Origin: Cycas panzhihuaensis
Taxonomy: Eukaryota > Plantae > Cycadophyta
Assembly: GCA_023213395.1 (NCBI GenBank)
Contig: CM041465.1
Location: 198,159,741-198,223,740, forward strand
Direction of reading: 5' to 3'
Length of the DNA: 64,000 nt
Below, one piece after another: positions 13,696-25,451 of the stretch. Every line of letters begins with the position of its first letter. Within the stretch, counting starts at the first letter, position 1. The notes under the pieces were generated by a model. That model saw only the letters and a list, made by a program, of their open reading frames with translations, was not told the origin of the DNA and made no database searches. A program made the position numbers and the translations under genes.

Positions 13696-14118
13696 CTAGG
13701 AAGGGTCATCCAGGAGAGGAAGACGATGCTCAAGGATACAGGGGGTGAGGCCATCTGCCTCAGTATTTAGGTCTTAGGAGATGTGTTGGATATCCATGGA
13801 GGAGAAGAGGGATAACAACAACCTCATAGTCAATGCGAGGGACCTTAATCGTGGGCAAGAAACCTATTAAACCTACGTTAGTTGTGATATGACGATCTAG
13901 GAGTCATGATGAAGGATGATGGGGCCATGGTAAACTTAGAGTGCATTATTAAGGGCTTCAATAATAGCTATGTATTCAGCCTCATTATTCGTAGCCTTGG
14001 GTAGGTAGACTCTAGAGTGCATGTAGTTGTTTTCAAAGGGATCACAGAGGATCTATGGGGCTGTAGAAGGTCCAGGGTTTCCACGACTACCACCATTAAT
14101 AAAGATGAGTAACATCAT
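13696..14118 (-). pseudogene. Free-standing archaeal-type RNase HI (aRH) ORF of B
   Basis: One frame of 141 codons: MMLLIFINGGSRGNPGPS...KATNNEAEYIAIIEAL...ILHHDS*IVISQL...HIS*DLNTEADGL. Only point-mutation stops, no frameshift; first catalytic Asp reads Asn. Confidence 0.9.
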
Positions 14119-15389
14119 GGTGAGAAGAGCAGAGTTTAGTTTGAATCACAAAAGGACTGGTGATGGAACTGTTGAGTTAGAGAAAGGGTAACACACTACA
14201 ATAACTCAAAATAATTGGATGTATTAGGCATGAAAGGATAAGAGAGCCCTAGAGATAAGCTACTAGGCTTGTGAAAGGCCTACCCAATAGAAAGGCAAGA
14301 ACATGCTAGTAAACATGCTCCTTCAGTGCTCTAGGGGGTTATGAAATAGCTAACGAAGGCCTGCAAGGGAGGAGGAGCTCTTCTTAGGAGCCTTGAGGGC
14401 TCAAACAAATGGAAAAAATAGATCCAAGACACTAAAATGAGCTAAAAGAGTATAAATACAAGGATGTTTTAGAACAACATGAAAAATTAGATGAATCAAC
14501 CTTCAGAGAGCTAAAGGGGTTTATTATAAATATACAAAAATGATGTAGAAAGGAGGCACTAGGAGAAAAACAAGGATCAAACCTTGAAGACAAAGAGAAT
14601 GGGGATAAAATATCAATCTTGAGGGCTGTCACATCAAAGAAAATAGAGGTAGCACCTCAGGAAGCCCCGCAAATAAAAAGGGTAAGGAGGCAAGAAAATG
14701 TTTTATTTTTGTAGGCCCCTCAAGAGATCCAATGCACTCTCACCTAAGTAGTAAGGCTTTACTGCCTTATACGAGCACACACCATGAGATTCAACCGTTA
14801 GATCAAGACGAGGAGATAGCCACTGAGACTAGGACAACAAGATGGCAATGATTAAACTTGACCTAGTAAGTGGATTGTACCCTAGTCTTTTCATTTTACC
14901 ACTTGAATTTAATGTCTCATTTTATAAATTTGGGGCCCTATAGGGGCCATGGGGATTCCCTAGAGCTTATTGGAGGCCCCAGGAGGGGGAGAACTAAGGC
15001 ATTAGGTAGACCTAGTCCTAGTGGACCAAGTTAGGCCTACCTAGACAATTTTTTTAAGATTTTTAGGGTAACCACCCCTTTTTAGAAGGGGTATCTATAG
15101 CCTCATGACATTTGTTGTGGTACTACGAAGTTTGTGGTAGGGCCCACTAAGGGTCCAAAAATATTCAGCAGGGCCCACATCAAACTTTATGGTACCACAG
15201 ATATTAATGTAGGGTAGTAAGGGGAAAAGGAAAAAAACTAATCAGACTAGATGGATTTGCCTAGTTTGTGGTGGCTCAAACCATCCAAAGAGGGAATAGG
15301 ATAAGGTAATGAGGTCTTAGTGACTCATTGACTAGTGATTTTATGCTTTGCAAGCTTTTCTCATAATTAACAACCACACGAATATTGGC

Positions 15390-17270
15390 ATGGCAATGAT
15401 GAGCTTCATTGAGATGATGACACAGTAGGAGAGGAGCACCTTGCAGTATTACAGGCTACTGAAAGTGATTAGGATGTCATAGTATGCATTAGATCAGAGG
15501 TTTCTAGTAGATATTATGTCCCATTAGGACGAGAGGAGGCATATATTCCATCTTCTATAGGTAGGGGGTGTTGCTATCATGCTTGGGGACATTAGGAGGA
15601 TCCTGGGGTTGCTAGCTAGGGGTACGCTAGTAGAGACACTGCTCATAGGGAGGCAGCTAGATTCTTTATAAGGAGTAGCCAATGGGATCGTTGAGTGGTA
15701 TTAGTACAAGTGTTGGTCCTTTATAGAGTTCCTTAGGTGAGGAAATTCATTATATTGGTTATTCTATTCCAGATATCTCAGAATCAAAATTATGGAGATA
15801 TACTTAGAGGTTGGATGATTATCATTAGACGATGTGAGACTAGGGAGAGATTTGACTGGGCTACTCTAATAGTAGCTAATATTATGGCATAGCTAGACTA
15901 GATTAGAGCAGCTAGTAGAGGAGGTTTTTCATATTACATGATGCTCTAGTGCTAGTTATTTGACAACTTTAGAGGAGTGGCTCTATTAGGAGGGGCCCAC
16001 CCTATATCAGTTAGAGCTCTGATGGTCCATCAATGGTAGACTTGATTCAGAGGTACCGAGGGCTAGGTGCATGTGAGGCATTTTGTGGCAACTACATCAT
16101 TGGATCTCCTCACTCGTATAGACTACACAGTGGACCCATACCAAGTGATCCACTAGGAGAGTGATGAGGAGGGAGGAGAGCTAGACGATAGTAAAGATGA
16201 AGATGTGGTGATGGGCCAAGGCCATCATAGCTAGCAGGAGGAGGGGCAGGGTAAGTAGGAGGAAAAGGAGCTACAAGCAGGTTTCTAGTAGCAGTTATGG
16301 CCATGGTGGCAGTGGCAGAGGTAATGATAACTACAATAGATAGAGGGGTCCCTGGTGAGGAGGGAGTAAAGGGAGGAGATGCCCTAACAACTCATGAGGT
16401 AGACAAGGAGGTAGTACTGGTAGTCAAGGAGGTAGAGGCGACAATAGAGGGAGTAATAGTAGAGGAGGAGATCATGCAAGAGGAGGCACCAACAATCGTA
16501 GGAGGTGAGACTCTCTCTTGATTCTAGCTTTAATTCATATTTGACCATTTACTACTTCCTTTGATGCCTATGTTTGGATATGGTGATGCATTTATGTATA
16601 TTTTGGACTGATACATGGTACTCATGGCTTGGAAAGAGGTGACAAGATGGCGAGGCTTCTAGAGGTAATTGTCCATGAGTTGTTCTTGTGGGTCTACGAG
16701 AAGGGACAACCTCCTATCATGGAGAGTGAGGAGCCTTGATTGGTAGGGCCACATACAACAACATTCACTCCTATGATTCAGGATAGGGACATATGGGCGG
16801 TGAAGTCCCAGGAACTCCATGTGAAGGTCAACCAGTTGTAGCATGCCTAGGATAGTCTATAGGTGGAGAGGGACTAATTGGTAGTGGAGAGGGATGCATT
16901 ACAGGGCTAGATATAAGGGTTGGAGGCCCAACTAGGAGGAACATAAGGAGATGCCCTGAGCTAGCTATAAGTTGTTGTATTGGAGGAGATACTCTATGGG
17001 GCAAAGAGGGAGTGGGATCACCTAGTAGCCGAGAGAGTTCAGATCCTAGTTGAGAGGGATTACTTGCAAGATTAGTACAACCAATTAGTTAACTAGATAG
17101 CCACCAAGTCATCACATAGCAGGATGCACATGACCACCATGAACTAGTGGAGGCCCAAGGATGAGGAGAGTGAGGCAGGGACCTCACAGAGATGCCTGAG
17201 GAGTTCAGGAGGGATGGGGTCCCCTCATAAGGGATTAGGTAGACGATGGGATGACACCCCTTAAGGGCAT
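15390..17270 (+). pseudogene. Antisense ORF of B: plant mobile domain (aminotransferase-like PMD), then a Gly/Arg-rich and acidic tract and ERD heptad-like repeats
   Basis: LDQRFLVDIMSH*DERRHIFHLL*VGGVAIMLGDIRRILGL..G (~15490-15625) and RFDWATLIVANIMA*LD*IRAASRGGFSYYMML*C*LFDNF (~15850-15970) match the PMD motifs W...HTFHLP..ITLEDV..ILGLP and Y.WG.A.LA.LY..L...LQ.W..E.F. The 3' limit is approximate. Confidence 0.8.
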
Positions 17271-18301
17271 GGCATCTAGAAGATTTTGTGCACTATGTAT
17301 TTTGACCAGAAACCTCAGCCTCCTGGGAGTTCCATCTCATGTGGTTATAAGATTGTACTCCTTCCTATAAGAATTATGGATTCCTAAGGCATATTGTCAA
17401 GATGATGTACCATATGATTTTGATTGTACTATATGATTTTTTACATATATAGATAGGAAACACATTGCTATCCTATTTTGATACATGATGTTGCTTTATG
17501 TCCATGATGCTATTATTTGTTTTTGTGATGTAGCTTATTTTGTTTGTATGATATATAGAGATGGATATGAGCATGTATGGATATGGGTGCATGGATGCAT
17601 GTGAGATTATTCACTTAGATAGTTTTAATTTAATTGCTACATTATGGTTTTATTTGTATTATATATAGATGATACTCACATGCTTCCTTTCATGCAATGC
17701 CACACTTGTACTAGGCACACACACACCATGCATATAGGAGACAGTTATATATGGGACTAGGGAAGAGCAATATGTATGTTCCTTAGAGGAAGCATGATGG
17801 ACACAAAAAGGAAGCACTGGTGAGGGGTATGGATACCCAAACAAAAGGGCCTAGGTTGGCAAGTAACTCCAAGCTTCAAAACGAATGAGATTTACTTACC
17901 CAATTAGGAAAAGAGAATATCTCCCTTAGAAAGGAGACAAAGAGATGCAACACCAATAACAAAATCCAAAAGATGGAAGGCCACTTTAAACAATCATTAC
18001 ACCTTTGACTAGGAGGAACAATGGTATGCTTAGAGTGGTAGTTTAGGCTTATTTCAGAGCAAAAGAGGGGTGTGACTATTTCCACTTGGAAGTAGAAAGA
18101 ATCACCCTAGGATGGAGGTGGATGATGAAGGGTGGGCCTTATGTGGATAGGCCTATAGGTAGGATAAGTTTGGTCAAAACCAAACTAACATGAAGGACTA
18201 AACACGTGACAAATCATGTGGTAAGGTTGTATTTGGGTAGGATGGGCTTTAGTCCTTAATAAGGATCTAGAGCACAAAGAAGAAGCACCTGTATGAGTGC
18301 T

Positions 18302-21300
18302 TTATCGATGCGGACACTTACATGAAGTCGCTTGGGGAGGGCAAAAAAGTGAAAGAAATGGTTGGTTTAGAACCAATAGCTCGAGAGCCAATGTAGAATA
18401 AAGAGAAGAGGATATATCTAATTGGGATATCTCCCTAGGTGTGTGTGAGACTACGATGACATTCCAAGTCAAGGGTTTATAGCCCTCACTATCTAACTTA
18501 GAATCACTCATGAGGGCTAGGTAACCATAGATACCTATACCAATAGGGACGAACCTAACTAGGTTTGGTTCATGATGAGGCATGGGTTCCATTTGATGAA
18601 GGTTGGTATCCTAGAAAGGGTCTCCATAGAAGGGATAGCCTCCTTAGGATCGTTATCTTCACCGTCAAAGACAGCTTGGCAAGCCAAATGAGAAGTTTGA
18701 GATAACAAAGGCTCATGGGTGATAACTTTAACTTGTCCTTCATGGAAAAACTTAAGTTGCCCCTAATCTGAAGAGCAAATTGCTCCCATTTGGTCAAGCC
18801 ATGGTCAACCTAATAAGAGGTTATATTCTATATTGATATCAAGTATAATAAGATCTATAGAAATGGTCTTCTCTAGTAAGATGAGTGAAAAGGAGACCAT
18901 CCCCAAGACAGACTTCTCGGTTCCATCATATCCTTGGTATTTCCAAGGGATAGACTTGAGAGACACTATACCTAACTCCTTAAGCATGCATATATGCATA
19001 GCATTAACTAAAGAACCATTATCTATGATGGTCCTCCTTATGATAAAATTAGAGGTGTCAATAGAAATGATGAATGGGTAATGCAAAAGTTTTTCTCGTT
19101 CACTGAGAGGTAGGAGATCCTGAGGATTGAATAAGATGATAGGTGGTCCATGGGAGGTGGTACCTACAGCATGGATGAGAGCATCTTGTAGGATAAGATC
19201 TTTGAGAAGAAGAGCACATTGCTCAAGGCAACTCTATAAGACATCCATCACAGATATTCTAGCAGACACTAGGTGGAGCTCGCCTATGATCGAGAAGGAC
19301 TTCCTTTTCCCGATAGGTTGGGGAAACACCCATCAAAAATCATAATGACCTAAGCATATATGAATGTTCTTGGGAAGTATAGAATCTTAGAAGATGGAGT
19401 ATCTATAGGATAGTTTAGTTGAGATGAAGAGGCCCTAATAGCCTCTTTGGCTACTTGAGACCTGGTGATAGCATGTAAAAGGTTGGTCTCAAGCATTTAA
19501 ATGTCTATTTTTCCCTTATTATGTGATTGAGAGGGTGAGGAGGTTCAATGGCAAGAACTAAGAGGAGAGGATAAATTTCTTACCCCCTTTCCTCTTACTT
19601 GTGTAGAAGAAGGGTTAGGAGATCATCCCCTATTTTAGTCCCCCATATTCTAGGTGTGCTGATCTTATTCCTCATATTTAGGAAAGGGATCCCTATGGAC
19701 AAGTTGGTCTAAATTGGGATTACACACCCATCTAGGAGAGGAGTCATGAGGTGGGGTAAGTTTGGGATGTTACACTTAATACTACGAGTCCTCATAGAAG
19801 CACTTACCATGAATGGAATAACACTTCTTATCTGATGAAGGTTTTATCTTCCTTATTTGGGAGGAGTGGGTGTTTCCATTTCTAGGAGGTGCATCTTGAG
19901 AGGCCTGATGGATAGGTCTATGAGAGTCTAAAGGTGAATAAGAAGTTTGGAGCTTAAGCTCCTTCATTGTACATTCAAAGGAACATATAGTAGAAGTCAA
20001 AGGATCTAAGGTCTTCTCTGTTGAGTGGCTAGAAGACTTTTGGGGTTATTAGGATAAGAGGTCACATGACAAAAGGGGTGTCTCTCATTGTTGCGATGGT
20101 TTGAGAGGTTTCTTGAGATTTGCTTGGATCTCAATGGCCTCAAGTGTCAAGCATTTAGCTATGGAAGAGTCACACATTATTGCCCCCATTTTAAGGACTT
20201 CAATGTGGACCTCAAGGTAAAGGGCATTCACAAAAAGGTCCCTCTTTAATTCCTTAGGTAATGTAGCCTTCATGGAATGCAAAAGGTCATGAAAGTATCT
20301 CACGAAGTCATGATTCATTTCTTCATGAACTTACTTGAGTGAAAGTATAGATTTCATTCCACTCTTTGAAGATCAAGCCGTGTCAAAGTAGTTGATGAAT
20401 TTATCTACCAATTGCTCCAAGGAATGGATGGAATAGGTAGGGAGATGATAAAACCACTTGAGGGCATCTTCCTATAAATAACATGGAAAGAGTTTTATCA
20501 GAATATGGTCGTAGGCCCAATAATTGATTCATGCCATGGAAAAGCTTCTGACATTCTTAGTTGGGCCCTATGATGAGTTCCTGTTGAATCTTGATCCCTC
20601 CGGGGGATAAGGTGGTAAGTTTGTCCTTAGTGCCTTAATAGACAAAGGGGTTGACCTATAATCAACAAAAGGGAAAACCCTTTGTTGAGCTAATAGGTCG
20701 AGGAAAGGAGAAAGAGGAGGCAAGTATGGATATCCAAATCCTCCTTGAGAGGTTTGACTATAAGAGGGACTTAGGTTCCCTCCCGCTTAGTGGGAACGAA
20801 CCATTCTTATTTGAGACAAAGCTGAAAAGGAAGTGAATGGGTAAGAGGGGCCCACTCCCCCTTGAGGATACACTACTTATTGAGAGAGGACTTAGGGAAA
20901 CAAGACTTAGGAGGGGCAAACCCTCTTTGTGAAGGTGCTATGTGTGGGATTACACACTAAGATGGAAGAGATGGGTATGGAATGGGATTTTACCCATATA
21001 GGCCACCTGCGGGAGGTACAATACCATATGGGTAGAGAGAGTCCACCCTATAGATAAGAAGGGGATTTCCCTTCCCATTACCCCATGGTTGGGATATGTA
21101 TCCTGGGGGTAGGTAGAGGAAAGGATCCCTAGATTGAGATTGAGGGTGCACAAGGATAGATCCCACGTGGCTTGAAGAAAGGAGACATGAGGGTCCCCTA
21201 GGTTAGGTGATAGAGGCATAAACCACATTTGGTTGGGGCATGGTTGCTTGACTATGAGGAGGTATGCTCAACTTAATTTAAGAGGTAAGTATACCTTAGA

Positions 21301-21793
21301 TAGTTCTTATGGTATAAGGGACATGTAAAGAAGAAGGAATAATGAGGGATAGCCCTACCATGGATATTAATGTAGATTGGGAAGAAAAAGGAGGCACATA
21401 TAAAGAAGAAGTAGGTGCCACCCTATGCAGGATGCTTTCTAACCACTTTGGAGGTATTTGGATGCTTGCAACCTAGAAGCATTATTGTAATGCTTCTATG
21501 ACATCTATGGGAGGGGTTTCTACTTATTCGTATGAGGTGGAAGGGTCCTCATATGAAGTAGACCCCACAAGTCGATCATCATGGGTATTCTCACCAAGGT
21601 AGTGATATCCTATGGAAAATGACACACCCACATCATGTGTGGGGAGATGATGGAAATCCAAGTGTTCTTAGTCACCTAGATAAAAGATAGGGTCATGACC
21701 CTCTTGGGCGAGATCCTAAAATGAAGTTGAGGTTTGTGGTTGGGTCTTGGAAACATAGGCATGATATGCCCATTGCAAGTGATATCCTTCCAT
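18302..21793 (-). pseudogene. gag-protease of B (right unit)
   Basis: Gag core 20085-20600 (DFVRYFHDLL..DLFVNAL; DALKWFYHLP); protease IIDNGSLVNAM...IEYNLLLG (18805-19086). Confidence 0.87.
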
Positions 21794-22031
21794 GCCGATT
21801 CAAAATCAGACAAAGGAAGGGAAGAATAAGGAGATTCTTCTAAAGTAGTAGGGAGACCTTGTAGATAGTGAGGAAATCATCGCATTCAAGTTCCTCCTAA
21901 AAATTTAGAAGAGTTAAGGATAAAATCAAAGAAAAGATGTTGGGGATTTCCCAACAAATGTAGAAGGAGATAAACCAAAAGAGAATGAAAATGCTAATAT
22001 AAGAGAAATTAGAATGTTCCCTTACTTGTAG

Positions 22032-22049
22032 TCCCTAGTATGGTTGCTA
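22032..22049 (-). promoter_or_regulatory. Primer-binding site of B (right unit)
   Basis: Minus strand ...ctccCA-g-TAGCAACCATACTAGGGA. Confidence 0.75.
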
Positions 22050-22050
22050 C

Positions 22051-25000
22051 TGGGAGTGCACCTGTAGGGGGTCACTATGGATAAGAGCCCTTAAATCAAC
22101 ATTATAACTATAACAAGGGCTTAAGGGTCTCAAAAGGGAGGATAGGTCACCCTGAAAGGGTGTCTGCGCATCAGCACCTAGGTTTAGGGACCAATGAATA
22201 GTGCTTAAGACATTCCCCTTTATGTGGGTACCTTCTTGTATTTAGATTGGGTAAGGGCATCTTCTGTTTACTAAGTAGCCTAAGGGAGAGCTCTCTTATC
22301 CTTAAGGTGAAGGGGAGGAGAGGAAAATCCCTCTTTCAGAGAGGAGGTGAGAGGAAAAGTTGTTTCATTATGAAGTGGGAACCTAAAAGTAAGAGGAAGT
22401 GGTTGGTCGAAGGGAAAGGGGAGATTTGGCGTATAATGAGGGTTTGGATTATGTCCCTTATTTTAGTTGTGAGATAATGTAGTAAAAATCAAGGTCTTAG
22501 TCTTGAGAAAAGAACACATACAAATAACAACACTCTCTTTTAACCTCACTCTCTTTTCCTTTGTCTAGAGAAGAATGATTCAAGGGAGGGGGTAAAAGTA
22601 AGGGAAGAAATAAATGATCTATATGGCTTTCTTCTTTAATGCAAAAAAGGAATGCTTTTCAATCAGTTTATGTTTCCCTAACCCTTTCCTTATGTGCATG
22701 CATACATGCAAGATGTAAAGAGGTGATGGTTAGGAAAAGAGGGTTCTTTAGTTGGTCTATCCTTTCTTTTACTAAAGAAAATGCATCTATTCATGCCACC
22801 TTCCTATACACATGCAAATAAAGTATAAAAGAATGATCCTTATTATTTTATTCTTTCACTAAAAGGAGAGGAAGCATAAAGACAAGAGTGCATGCATATG
22901 TATATACCCTTTATATCCATTTCCTATGAGTGCAAATATGTAAAAGGAAGGCTATAACTCACATGCAAGTATAAATAGATTTCTTTTTAGGAAAGATGGG
23001 AACAAAAGGAGCGATAGAGAATAGTTTGTAAGAAGTGCACTAGGAGATGTGCCAGTTGATGAAGTGATGTACTCCTTCCTTTCCTACTTCCCTCATTCAT
23101 GGCTTCGCACTCTAAATGATGGAAAACATGGTGGATGAAGCCATAGAAGGGCTCCCCTGCCTTCCCCAAAGTATTTGTAAAGTAAGGAAATCTAAAAAGG
23201 AAAATTGAAGAAAAGTAGATACACAAAGGAGAAACGTACCTCTTTGTTGTGGTGTGATTCTGCTTGCCTAGGAGGATGCCTTGAAACTTACAAGTAATAA
23301 AGAAGTGTATGCACATATATACTAGTATGTGTGCCTTATCAAGGTGAAGATAAAGTTTACCTTGTGTGCTAAAGAAGATATAAAAGTTATGCTATGTTCC
23401 TTTACACACAATAAGTGTTCCCATATAACTTTTGGGAGGAAAAGAGTGTGGGGGGGTTTAAGTAGAAGAGAATGATAGCCTCATAATGGCTAGCTCCTAG
23501 GAATGAAACACCTCCCAAAGATTGGGTCCTATATAGGCAATCTGAACAATGGCAGAAGGTGTAAGAAAGAAAGTGAGTGCAATGGTTTGAGGAACATTGA
23601 AAAAGTTTTAAAAAGGTTGTAGAAGTCACAAAGAAGTTATGAAAAGAAATGATAATAGTAAGGTACAATAGCTAACTAAACATAGCATCCATATTCAATG
23701 AGAGCAAAAACTAAACATCATAAATATCACAAAGTTTCCAACACATGTGGATCATACCCTGCAAGGTTTGTTAATGTGAGAGGCAGGCAAGGAATGATAG
23801 TGGTTTGAGAAGAACAGGGTTGCCCTTGGAGAGGTAGCTATGGGAGTTAGAACTCTAATCATATGTACCTCTCTAACCATCCTAAACTATCCAAAACCCA
23901 ACCTACTATGAGCTAGTAGAAACCTAGGGATGGACCAAGAGTGGCAAAGTAGGAGGAGAGGGTTTGCCTCTCTTTTTTCTAATAAATATTAAAGAAAATA
24001 TATGGAATAGATCATGCAAATGGATAAAATCATGAGCAAAATAGATCAAAGAGACAAATAATAGAAGACAACATGCTTTCAACCATAAAACTTACTCAAA
24101 ATAGAAATTACCTTACTACCAAGAGAGATGGTGCCCAAAAACCTATTTTCCTTGGTGAAGGAGGCCTTTTTGGAGGATGAAAGAACCTTTGATCTAGGGG
24201 AACAAGCTACTGCTACTTGGTTGAGTATAAGAGAAGACTAATCTCAATAAGAAGGGCATGGTCCAAACTTGCAAACTAGGGTTTTACCCTTACAGAACTT
24301 AGAGTAAGAGAAGGAGAAGGAGAGTAGGAGAAGAGAGTTATTTTTCACTTGTGAGAGAGTCAAAATAAATTTGAAATTAGGTTTTTATACCCCAATTAGG
24401 GTTTTGAAGGAATTAAGGTTTGGTTTAGGTGGTAAAAGACCCTCTGCCACATGCAAGATTTATAATAAATGTGAATATGGCCATTACCTAGCCGTGGCAA
24501 CTTATGGACAGTCACCCCATGACAAACTTTATAGTACCACAAATATTGCTGTGGTATCGCTAACTTTGCAATAGTGTGAAGAAAATAAAGAAGAAAATTT
24601 AAAAATGACTTAAAGAATCCAAAAAGGTCAGTCTTGGGGTGCAAACATAGAGTTTTGTGGACTGGTAAGGGTCTTTTAGGGGCTCTAGGTGGTGGTGGGC
24701 CCACCCAATATGCAAAAAGGGTGAAGACTAAGCATTAATAGTGATCTAAATATGTGTAAGTGGGTAAGTAAATTAAGTTCCCACCAGAGGGCCCACACAA
24801 TAGGCTAGAAGTGAGTCAAAGTGGGGTTGCTGAGTTCTATGAGTACCCATAAACTCTAGGGAAGTGTTTTTTGGAGCTATATGGTGCCGTGAGACCATGG
24901 TCTTAAGTCGTCATAGGCTAGATCGCAGTCATAGGCACAAAGTAGGCAAGCAAACCAGGCATCAAAATAGTCTATGTAACTATGTCATGTTACTGGAATC

Positions 25001-25110
25001 ATAAACATGTCTCAACATGCCATCAAAGTGAATAGGGAAAGAGGTGAGGATGTATACCTATGCTTACCTGATAGGTACTACTCTTGCACATTCCTGGTAA
25101 TTAGGAAATA
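22051..25110 (-). repeat. 5' LTR of B
   Basis: Collinear with 10105-13195; homology stops exactly at ggaaata|25110, the PPT-defined terminus of the other copy. Confidence 0.87.
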
Positions 25111-25395
25111 GGAATAAATAAAAGAAAAGAGCATTATCAGTGGAACTATAAGCTCAAATCTCTTATACTTGATTCTATAGGTTAGTTTGTTCCTTTATCG
25201 ATTTGCATTTATATACCTTAGCCTCTTATTCTCTATACTACAAATAATATAAATAAATTTTAACTCCTCCTTTTGAGTTGGGAAAGGTGGTCCTAGGGTT
25301 CCTATAGGTTGATATATCTCCCAATATTCAATCTAAATAGAAGAAATATAAAACTATTGAGAGGTACTTAACCTATGCTGATTCCTAATGAACCA
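25111..25395 (+). repeat. Terminal remnant of the D 5' LTR
   Basis: Aligns with ~40020-40304; ends ...aacCA before the PBS. Confidence 0.82.
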
Positions 25396-25401
25396 TCTTT
25401 T

Positions 25402-25419
25402 TGGCAACCATACTAGGGA
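25402..25419 (+). promoter_or_regulatory. Primer-binding site of D
   Basis: TGGCAACCATACTAGGGA, 6 nt after the LTR end. Confidence 0.8.
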
Positions 25420-25451
25420 GTTGCCTCTTATTTCTTTTATATTCCTAAATA

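Larger units (their letters stand above)
4476..25110 (-). mobile_element. Element B: non-autonomous Tat-type LTR retrotransposon; complete unit 10105-25110 plus a second truncated internal unit 4476-10104 sharing the middle LTR
   Basis: 4500-13195 is collinear with 17000-25110. Two ~3.1-kb LTRs, two PBS, one PPT, two gag-PR regions; no RT/RH/INT motifs seen. Confidence 0.88.

Noticed and set aside
13696-14118. Bacterial rnhA contamination or recent horizontal transfer
   Set aside because: Embedded in three LTR elements with the same decay pattern as the flanks.
15390-16110. Host MAIN/MAIL-like gene
   Set aside because: It lies between the LTRs of B, has a homologue in D and contains many stops.
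4500-25110. Large repeats (B units, C LTRs, X/X') as assembly artefacts or collapsed haplotypes
   Set aside because: Copies differ by roughly 10-20% with private indels and a private solo-LTR insertion.
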